This document shows positions 57,053-64,000 of a stretch of 64,000 nucleotides of DNA, one piece after another. Made by a program: the position numbers and the translations under genes. This DNA comes from a virus. The notes below the pieces were generated by a model. The model was not told the DNA's origin. It saw only the letters and a program-made list of their open reading frames with translations, and did no database searches. The stretch lies in the IMG/VR virus record IMGVR_UViG_3300027708_000068, positions 2,616 through 66,615 of that record. One strand, 5' to 3'. Every line of letters begins with the position of its first letter. Positions within the stretch are counted from its first letter, which is position 1.

Positions 57053-57554
57053 AATGAACTGTTTGAAATACTATATTAGTTACAACAATATAAATACCAG
57101 TTTGTGCTAAAACACCTTCACCAGGCAGAATAACCTGGAATGGTTGTACGCCAGTAGTTGTATTATAGCTAAGTAAATATTTACCAGTTGAATAAACGCA
57201 GGCAGTACTAGCCGCAATAGTTCCAGAATTAATATCTGTAATGGTAAATGTATTAGCACCAGTAACTGTAATTACATAGTTTCCAGCAACAGCAGAAACC
57301 CCGGAAGCGGCAGCATAAGTAATACCAATATTTTGCCCAGTAGTTAAACCGTGACCCGTTGAAGTTACAGTAACAGTTGTTCCGGAACGAGCGTAAGTAG
57401 CTGTAGTTACAGGCGCAGTTACAGTATCAAAAATATCAATACTGCCAGCAGTTCCAGTACCAAGATAAACCAAATTTTTAAGGCGCGTACGACCAGATAC
57501 TGCTAAACCTGAACCGCTAAAATGCGAGCCCTTTACGTCATATTGCATTGTCAT
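57045..57554 (-). CDS. Virion structural protein (169 aa)
   Basis: 'MQYDVK...R.RLK...ILPGEGVL...IY' with a beta-sandwich insert. Confidence 0.7.
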   Translation of the reverse strand: MTMQYDVKGSHFSGSGLAVSGRTRLKNLVYLGTGTAGSIDIFDTVTAPVTTATYARSGTTVTVTSTGHGLTTGQNIGITYAAASGVSAVAGNYVITVTGANTFTITDINSGTIAASTACVYSTGKYLLSYNTTTGVQPFQVILPGEGVLAQTGIYIVVTNIVFQTVHYG

Positions 57555-57578
57555 AATTAATCTCCTAAGTTGTAAATA

Positions 57579-57596
57579 GGGGGCCGAAACCCCCCG
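57579..57596 (-). terminator. Hairpin, possible terminator
   Basis: On the minus strand GGGGG-TTTCGG-CCCCC followed by TATTT. Confidence 0.5.
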
Positions 57597-57603
57597 GGAT
57601 TAA

Positions 57604-58311
57604 TTAGCCAGCATTGCCAAATGGATATACAGTTTTAGTACCTAATGTACCATCAGCTTGTACGTAATTAACGTCAAGATTAAACTTACCAGCAGTCAAA
57701 GTAGTAAGCGTAACGCCAACAATAGACAATGTAAATACAACTTGTGACAAGTTAGTACCGTTAGACTGAAGAATATCAGTTGATGTAGCAGCCATATTAA
57801 GCAAGTTAGTCGCAGAATAGGTAGATGTTTGACGACCTACAGTGCCTACAGTTGTTGTACCTAAAGCTATGGTAGCGTAAGTTGGTGTACCTGCAGCAGC
57901 TGTGTAGCCATTAGAAACATAGATATTAACTGCGCTTAAACTAGCATTACCAACAGTAATTGCTGTTAAATAGTCAACCACAATTGACTCAATTTGTACG
58001 CCGGTTGGAAGGTACATTACAGCGCCACGGTAAATATTTGTACCAGAATCAGCAGGTATAGAAGCTACTGCGGATGGAAATACAGAAGAAGATGGGGTAT
58101 AAACAGTAGCATTTACGTTAGCATCAGAAGACATCTGGTTGCCGTTAACAAATTGTTGCGCTGCACCAGGATATCCTGTAGTGCCATTACCTGTAGTTAC
58201 AGAGTAGTCAACAAGGGCTTGTTGTGATAAACGAGCCGAACCTACGTTACGTAGTGGGCCAAAACGTACATCTCCAGCTAAAACTGGACCTTCAAAAGTT
58301 GCGCGTGCCAT
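57604..58311 (-). CDS. Capsid-associated (decoration/minor) protein, start MARATFEGP
   Basis: Directly after the major capsid gene; AGGA RBS before ATG 58311. Confidence 0.7.
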   Translation of the reverse strand: MARATFEGPVLAGDVRFGPLRNVGSARLSQQALVDYSVTTGNGTTGYPGAAQQFVNGNQMSSDANVNATVYTPSSSVFPSAVASIPADSGTNIYRGAVMYLPTGVQIESIVVDYLTAITVGNASLSAVNIYVSNGYTAAAGTPTYATIALGTTTVGTVGRQTSTYSATNLLNMAATSTDILQSNGTNLSQVVFTLSIVGVTLTTLTAGKFNLDVNYVQADGTLGTKTVYPFGNAG

Positions 58312-58319
58312 GATATATT

Positions 58320-58395
58320 TCCTATGCAAAAGTTAACCGTACAAATCGTTGCATCGTCTGCTGGGGCAGTCAAGTACGGTAAATTACCCAGATAG
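58320..58395 (-). ncRNA. Candidate double-pseudoknot leader RNA
   Basis: CUGGG/CCCAG, ACCGUAC/GUACGGU and AUGCAA/UUGCAU in crossing order, ending at the SD. Confidence 0.55.
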
Positions 58396-58440
58396 CCGTA
58401 GTTTACACTATTTTTTAAAAATACAACATCTTTATAAAGA

Positions 58441-58471
58441 AAAAAACCCCGCCTTTTGAGCAGGGTTTTTT
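58441..58471 (-). terminator. Rho-independent terminator after the major capsid gene
   Basis: AAAAAACCCCGC-CTTTTGA-GCAGGGTTTTTT; G-U pair on the minus-strand RNA. Confidence 0.8.
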
Positions 58472-58488
58472 ATTAGGTAAGTTCTGGA

Positions 58489-59406
58489 TTAGAACGAACC
58501 AGAAGAGCCCCACATACCTAGTGGGTCAGACCAACCGAAGCTGTAACGCTCGCGGGATTTGTAACGTACGTTACCTGTATCAAAGTCACCGTCCATAGAA
58601 TTCTGGAGTGGTGTACGCTCGAAATGCTTCAGGCCGTTTGGAACGTCAGTGGTTAAGAACCATGCGTTTGTATCGGTCAAGAAGTGGTTAACTGTGTAAC
58701 CTTCAGGGATTGTGCCGTTGTTGTTGATTGCGCTGATATCGTTGTTGTTTGTACCAACACGTAACTTAGTTTCAAGTAAACGAGTAGCAACGAACATCAA
58801 TGATGGTGGAACAACCAATTTCTTAGGCTTAGCAGCGATAAGCAAGCCGCGCTCATCTGTCCAAGCAGCGATTTGAATAACAGCAGCTTCCAAAGAAGTT
58901 TCGTTTAAGTCAGCAGGAGTAGCAGCAGTATTGCTGTTAGTACCACCAGAAACCAATGGGTGAGATACGTTAAACAAAGATACGCCGTCGCCGCCGTTGT
59001 ATGAACCACCAGTGTTGAAACCGTTGTTCAATACAGAAGCTGCTTTAACTTGCTTGGTGTAAGACATAGCACGAGCCAAAGCTTTAGTGTAACGAGCAGA
59101 CAAGCTGTCGTACAAGTTATCTTCAATCGCTTCTTCAGTGATTGAGAAACCTAAAGCAATAGTTTCGTGTGAATATCGTGTAGACCATGCTTCTTGTGCA
59201 TTATCGTAAGAGATAGCGCCGCCTTCGTTTTTAACTGGGGCTGCAGAGAAACCTGACAACTTGGTTTCTTCTTCGAAAGAACGCTCAGAAGATTCAGTTT
59301 CGTAAATCTCTTTGTGCTCTTCGCCGTAGCGTGCGTATTCTAATCCGAACAATGCGTTCAATCCGGGAAGTAACTCTTTTAGGAGTTGTGAACGTGAAAT
59401 AGCCAT
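58489..59406 (-). CDS. Major capsid protein (N4-gp56 / Mu gpT-like HK97 fold)
   Basis: 'MAISRSQLLKELLPGLNALFG...YKSRERYSFGWSDP'; AAGGAG RBS; biased codon usage. Confidence 0.92.
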   Translation of the reverse strand: MAISRSQLLKELLPGLNALFGLEYARYGEEHKEIYETESSERSFEEETKLSGFSAAPVKNEGGAISYDNAQEAWSTRYSHETIALGFSITEEAIEDNLYDSLSARYTKALARAMSYTKQVKAASVLNNGFNTGGSYNGGDGVSLFNVSHPLVSGGTNSNTAATPADLNETSLEAAVIQIAAWTDERGLLIAAKPKKLVVPPSLMFVATRLLETKLRVGTNNNDISAINNNGTIPEGYTVNHFLTDTNAWFLTTDVPNGLKHFERTPLQNSMDGDFDTGNVRYKSRERYSFGWSDPLGMWGSSGSF

Positions 59407-59421
59407 GTTATAGCTCCTTTA

Positions 59422-60057
59422 TTAGTTAGTTGTACCGGCAGATTGATAATATGAATGTACGCCAAAATTTAATTTAACGATACAGTCAGTATAAGCATCA
59501 CCTGGGTTTGAAGGGAAGTTGCCGCCGAATGTGGAGCTGGAGTTAACCAAGTCAACAATCTTAACAGCCAACGCGGATGTATTAGCAATAGAACTAGACA
59601 GAGCGATTGTAGAATTGCCTGTAGTTGCGCTACCACCAAAGTTTGCCAATGCAGCAGTCTTACCAATAGAACCGTAACCTACGGAACCTTGGGATTGAAC
59701 TTGATACAACTGGTCTGGGTCTTCTACAACACGAACAAAAATGTTGGTATAGCCAGCAGTTACAGCGTTAGCTGGTAAATACTGTGCATAGAGTGGGTAA
59801 CCCAATTGTTGACCTGGCAACTGATAACGTACACCAACGCAAACACCAACTAAACCAACAGTGCTGGTAGTAGGGGTAGCTGTTAGTGCAGTAGGTTGAC
59901 CGGCTGCTGAAACGCCTAAAGCGACCAAATCGCCAGAATAAATGGCAGTCGCTGTGTTTGTGGTCATCAAATACTCACGGATTGTTCCGCCAGTAAAGGA
60001 TTGACCGCCGATTAAGCTAATCGGCTTTAGCCCGTAGGGGGCTGCTACTGTGCTCAT
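59422..60057 (-). CDS. Capsid decoration/cement protein
   Basis: 'APYGLKP...GD.V...VGV..G..Y' between scaffold and capsid genes. Confidence 0.65.
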   Translation of the reverse strand: MSTVAAPYGLKPISLIGGQSFTGGTIREYLMTTNTATAIYSGDLVALGVSAAGQPTALTATPTTSTVGLVGVCVGVRYQLPGQQLGYPLYAQYLPANAVTAGYTNIFVRVVEDPDQLYQVQSQGSVGYGSIGKTAALANFGGSATTGNSTIALSSSIANTSALAVKIVDLVNSSSTFGGNFPSNPGDAYTDCIVKLNFGVHSYYQSAGTTN

Positions 60058-60083
60058 AAGAGGCTCCTTAAATTAAATTAAAA

Positions 60084-60530
60084 TTAACTTCCCTTACCGA
60101 AAGTAACTTTAGTAGCTCTGTCTTTAAACAAAGGCATACGTGGGTCATTCTGCGACAAGAAGTTATTATCTACCGACTCCATCTGACCTGCAGCTAACTT
60201 CTCGTAGTGAGCAGCGCGCTGTTTCATAAATTCTTCTGGGGCACGGCATAAAACTAAACCACCAATTTCGATTGAACCCTTAAACTGCCCATCAACGGAC
60301 GCGTGGCTCATAAGTTCCGGGTAATCCTCAGCCTTAACAGGCTCAAAACCTTCCCTACGCTTAGCGGAGACATTCATTGGGTCGGATGAACCCATAGTAG
60401 ATGTTCTTACCCAACGATGTGACCATCCTGGACGCGTATCTGGCGTTGGCAATAACTGTGGGGGGGCCCACTCAGCTACTGGTCTTGCTTCTGATTCGCG
60501 GGAATCTAATTCGCGTGTAAGTTTGGTCAT
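60084..60530 (-). CDS. Head-module protein (148 aa)
   Basis: 'W.PP..LP.P...G...RWVR...REG.EPV...GGLVL'. Confidence 0.65.
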   Translation of the reverse strand: MTKLTRELDSRESEARPVAEWAPPQLLPTPDTRPGWSHRWVRTSTMGSSDPMNVSAKRREGFEPVKAEDYPELMSHASVDGQFKGSIEIGGLVLCRAPEEFMKQRAAHYEKLAAGQMESVDNNFLSQNDPRMPLFKDRATKVTFGKGS

Positions 60531-61573
60531 GTTCTTTCTCCATTCATTTGTTCGGCAACCTTCTTGGCATACAGTTCTAGAGGCACACCTAAGCGCTTAG
60601 CAATCTGTACCTGAGTAGGCGTAAGTTGTATTTTCTTTGGGGCAACTGAGCGAGTAGCGGGAGCTACAACACTTGCAGCGGGTTTTGCACGGGTTTTAAC
60701 CGGGGTTTTTGCTTCTACTTCTTCTGTATTTTCTTGCTCCTGAAAATGGTCAGGGAACCTTTTCCGAATTGTAACATTAATTTTTTCGTAATAGTCATCA
60801 GTACCAACATATTTTTCACCAAATTCTCTTGCAAGTTGGTTATGTTTAGTAATTGCTAACCCTGTCATTTCATCTTCTTCAGAAGAATCGCCACCATACC
60901 AAGGGTTTTCATCTAGCCATTTGGTAAGTTTTGGGTCTTGTGCTGGAGCTTCCGGAGTACTTTGCGGTACCTGATATTGGTTATCTCTAACTTCTATAGG
61001 GCGTAAGTTTTGTGCTTTATCTAATCTTAGTGTTGCCTCAGCAATTTTTAACTGTGCTTCAACCAAAGCATCAGAATCACCTGTGTCATAGGCTTCTTTG
61101 TAGGCTTTTTTAGCCATACTAAGTTCAGCTTCTGCTCCAGATTTACCTTGCTCGATAAAAATTTTGCTACCTTCGTGCAGCTGAGATTGTAGCTTGCGAT
61201 TTTCATCTGCCATATATTGGGCTGCGCGAATTGCTTCTTCACGCATCCTAATAGCTTCTTCTTTAGCACGACGCTCATCATGGTAGCCTTTACTAAATTT
61301 CTTTAGTCTTTTCTGTACCTTTTTGTCATATTCACCTAGTTCGTCATCATCAACATCTTCTGGGGCGACATCCATTGGCTCACGGCCTTTGTCTTCGTCC
61401 GGAGTATCGTCAACAATTTCAATATCTACTTCAGGCACTGCTTTAGCTTTTACTTCTGCTTCTTGTTTGGCCTCAACTTCATCAGGGAACTCATAGGTAG
61501 CATTATCCTCACTAAGAGGAATAACTTTACCGCCCTTACCAAAAGTTACGGCACCAAATTCTTCTGTTGCCAT
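60527..61573 (-). CDS. Capsid scaffolding protein
   Basis: Acidic coiled coil; C-terminus 'LTPTQVQIAKRLGVPLELYAK'. Confidence 0.75.
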   Translation of the reverse strand: MATEEFGAVTFGKGGKVIPLSEDNATYEFPDEVEAKQEAEVKAKAVPEVDIEIVDDTPDEDKGREPMDVAPEDVDDDELGEYDKKVQKRLKKFSKGYHDERRAKEEAIRMREEAIRAAQYMADENRKLQSQLHEGSKIFIEQGKSGAEAELSMAKKAYKEAYDTGDSDALVEAQLKIAEATLRLDKAQNLRPIEVRDNQYQVPQSTPEAPAQDPKLTKWLDENPWYGGDSSEEDEMTGLAITKHNQLAREFGEKYVGTDDYYEKINVTIRKRFPDHFQEQENTEEVEAKTPVKTRAKPAASVVAPATRSVAPKKIQLTPTQVQIAKRLGVPLELYAKKVAEQMNGERT

Positions 61574-61583
61574 TTAAATCTCC

Positions 61584-61985
61584 TTATGCACGCGTAATCC
61601 CGCGGGGGTCTTGAACTACGGCTTCAACTGAATCATCATTAATAATTCGGAACTCACGGCCATGAATCTTAAGGCGTGAACCAGAACTAGGACGAATCAA
61701 TACAAAGTCACCAACCTTACAGAGGGGTCCACTAGGGAACCTTTCTTTATCGGCATAAGCGTCAGGACCAACATCCATAACAAACAATACAGGGGTTAAA
61801 ACTTCCTCGTACTGTTGTGTTTGGGCTGATTTAATCAAGCCGCTGTCATACTCTTCTTCAACTTGTGGAACCATACATAAAATATGGTAGCCAGCAGCTT
61901 TTGGAAGTTGTGTTGCTTTATCTTCGACTTTCTCTGGGAGTTTGGATAAATTCCCTAAAGCGTCACTAATGATAATTTCACTCAT
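61584..61985 (-). CDS. groES: GroES-like co-chaperonin
   Basis: 'SGLIK...V..VGPDAY...KVGDFVL...G.RLKI.G.EFRIINDD.VEAVV'. Confidence 0.8.
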   Translation of the reverse strand: MSEIIISDALGNLSKLPEKVEDKATQLPKAAGYHILCMVPQVEEEYDSGLIKSAQTQQYEEVLTPVLFVMDVGPDAYADKERFPSGPLCKVGDFVLIRPSSGSRLKIHGREFRIINDDSVEAVVQDPRGITRA

Positions 61986-62166
61986 CTGATTCCTCTAGTT
62001 TTTGCACGCGGTCTTTTATTAAATCCACAGCAAGGGCAAGACCACGGATAATCCCTGTTGTGTTTCGATACTCTTCTAAATTCTGGCAATTGCCTGCGGC
62101 AACGGATTGTGCTCTAGCCTCTATGAGCTTTTCAAGCTCACTCACTAGGTAGTCATACTCGGTCAC
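61978..62166 (-). CDS. Small head-module protein
   Basis: 'EEYR...G.IRGL' between portal and GroES-like genes. Confidence 0.7.
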   Translation of the reverse strand: MTEYDYLVSELEKLIEARAQSVAAGNCQNLEEYRNTTGIIRGLALAVDLIKDRVQKLEESDE

Positions 62167-64000
62167 TATTTAGTTTCCTTTTTATTTTGTTGTTTATTCG
62201 ATGTTACTTGCTGATTAACATGGTCTTTAGTTTGTTTTTTGTCTTCATGCCCTTGTTGCATTTGAGCCATTAGCGCTTGCATACCAAGTTCTCCACCCTT
62301 TTGAAGACTCTGAGCTTTAAGCTTAGCTTGGTTCATACCAGACTGGGCAACAATTTGGCCGGCAGCAATTTTAGCTTGTGACTGGATACGCTCTTGTTCA
62401 ATCTGCATTTGTTGCTGTTTAATCTGGAAATCCTGTTGGTCTTTCTGAGATTTGCGTTGTTGCTCTTGCGCTTTAAGTTGTAACTCTTGCATCTGCATCT
62501 GAATGATTGGGTCTTGGGCTTGCTGCTGAGCCTGTTGCTGCTTAGCCTGCATCTGACTCTGAGCCAATAGTTTCTGTGCTGCTTGGGCAATTAATGGAGC
62601 CATTTGAGCTTCTTGCTCTGGAGTCATATTGACATCTTCTTCCTCATACCCATCGCCCATTTTTTGAGCAGGTAAATTTGTGCCCATTTGTTGTTCAATA
62701 TTAATGCGGTATTGGAACCCAATATGTTCATTTACGTGGGCCATCATTGCTGATTGTAGTTGTGGTGCTAATGGGTTGTTTGCCAAAAGTTGTAAAATTT
62801 TAGGGTCTTGCATAGCAGCCATGTGAACAGCAATATGAGCCTCGTGGTCTTGATAAGAGAAAGCCTTAACTGGTTTCATCATTAGAACATTTTGATTTTC
62901 AGTTACTGGGTCTGCAGGTTTCTGGTCATCGGCCATTGGTACAAGCTTTTGGGCGTTTTTAATGCCTAATACTTCAATCATTTGACGATGTAAGAGCGGC
63001 AAGTTGTATAACTGCGGGGCCTGCTGAGCCAATTGAAGAACTGCTTGGTATTGAACAATCTTTTGCGCCATTGTACTTGCATTGGGGTCAGATACCGGCA
63101 ATACTTCCACGTCGTCATAGTCGCCTTTTTTCGCTGCTGGCGAACCCTCTTCTGGGTCATACTCATAGTCCTCGTCTGTGTAATCGGCAATAATGGTTTT
63201 AAGCAGTTTAAACTCTACCTTCATTGAGTAATGTAGACGAGCTTGGATTGCAGACATTACTTTAAGAGTACGCTCAAGGATAGCCAAGGTAGTTCCAACA
63301 GGCGCATTACCGCCCATGTCGGATACTTGAAGGTCCCCAGCAGATACAAAAGAACGACCTTCTTGTACGATTGTGTTAAAAAGTCCCATAAGAGTCTGGC
63401 TAGGTTCTTTGTACGGCAGCAACATAATGTTGTCTTTGATTGTGCCAGATGGAACATCTACATCTCTAAACTCTCCGGGGCTAATTGGGGTGTCGTCTCC
63501 TTTAACCCGTAAGCCTCTTGCTTTGAGGCCGCCCGGTAAATTGCTGAGTGTCCCCGCGTCGACAAGTTGGCGAATAATAGTAGTAGCGCTACGAGCGTAG
63601 CCTCCAATAAGATGTATAAGCCCATATCCATAAAATCCAAATCCTGGTACGTATTGATAGTGCACAAAGTGATTGCGCTTCAATTTCAAAATATCATCTT
63701 TGTACCAGTTGCGACGAATCGCTAGCACCTTAGCGGTGCTCTTTTCGAGGGTAATGATGTAAGGTAGTGCAATTCCTGCCTCATCTTCGAACCCAGGTAG
63801 GTCATAATCCACACAAATTTCTAAAATACGGAAACGATTATCAGTAGTAGCAGAAAAACCTTGTTCTTCAGCTTTGCGTTTCTCAATGTCATCCATTACA
63901 TTTGTTGGTTCACCTAACTCTATATCGCGCCAAAATTCAGCTGCCTGGAGTTTCTTAACGTCGTTCTTGGTTTTGCGCATCTGATGTGTAATGCGTTCAG
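62166..64000 (-). CDS. Portal protein (5'-truncated by the window edge)
   Basis: Frame is open to the edge (..ERITHQMRKT); 'PGFGFYGYGLIH', 'RQLVDAGTLSN'; Gln-rich tail. Confidence 0.9.
   Translation of the reverse strand, partial: ERITHQMRKTKNDVKKLQAAEFWRDIELGEPTNVMDDIEKRKAEEQGFSATTDNRFRILEICVDYDLPGFEDEAGIALPYIITLEKSTAKVLAIRRNWYKDDILKLKRNHFVHYQYVPGFGFYGYGLIHLIGGYARSATTIIRQLVDAGTLSNLPGGLKARGLRVKGDDTPISPGEFRDVDVPSGTIKDNIMLLPYKEPSQTLMGLFNTIVQEGRSFVSAGDLQVSDMGGNAPVGTTLAILERTLKVMSAIQARLHYSMKVEFKLLKTIIADYTDEDYEYDPEEGSPAAKKGDYDDVEVLPVSDPNASTMAQKIVQYQAVLQLAQQAPQLYNLPLLHRQMIEVLGIKNAQKLVPMADDQKPADPVTENQNVLMMKPVKAFSYQDHEAHIAVHMAAMQDPKILQLLANNPLAPQLQSAMMAHVNEHIGFQYRINIEQQMGTNLPAQKMGDGYEEEDVNMTPEQEAQMAPLIAQAAQKLLAQSQMQAKQQQAQQQAQDPIIQMQMQELQLKAQEQQRKSQKDQQDFQIKQQQMQIEQERIQSQAKIAAGQIVAQSGMNQAKLKAQSLQKGGELGMQALMAQMQQGHEDKKQTKDHVNQQVTSNKQQNKKETK

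Noticed and set aside
330-63667. Many antisense and alternative-frame track ORFs (e.g. 330-752, 1350-1760, 8074-8520, 9139-9609, 37713-38258, 49787-50407)
   Set aside because: Shadows of real genes with no RBS or protein-like features. Only the Rz1-like ORF and 31702-31893 have independent support.
1-64000. tRNA genes, integrase, RNA polymerase, introns/inteins, stop-codon recoding
   Set aside because: No cloverleaf or recombinase motifs seen by eye; core genes are uninterrupted and of normal length in the standard code.

Overview
Nearly complete genome of a tailed dsDNA phage with podovirus-like architecture and an N4-gp56-type major capsid protein. The host is Gram-negative (Rz/Rz1 spanins). 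The + strand (2.9-26.7 kb) carries early genes (MoxR AAA+, HExxH-VWA, DUF3150-like, many small ORFs) and then replication genes (PolA with Leu762, PD-(D/E)xK exonuclease, SNF2 helicase, SSB-like, primase-helicase). The - strand carries portal (cut at the right edge), GroES-like, scaffold, capsid, tail fibres, lysis and ejection proteins (64.0-26.8 kb), and probable terminase genes at the left edge. I saw no integrase, RNA polymerase, tRNA or CRISPR array. The main unexplained signal is a 13-bp palindrome, CTAACA(A/T)TGTTAG. It occurs as 12 exact and 5 one-mismatch copies in 2.8-13.8 kb, roughly every 0.5-1.1 kb, in all three reading frames, over start/stop junctions and just downstream of three early promoters. 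Other signals are three candidate pseudoknotted RNAs, a 40-aa peptide gene behind a PhaR-like operator, an overprinted gene inside the giant virion protein gene, a putative origin, recurring xA-x-GG motifs in virion proteins and apparent GATC avoidance. All product calls come from motif reading and gene order by eye; no database search was run.
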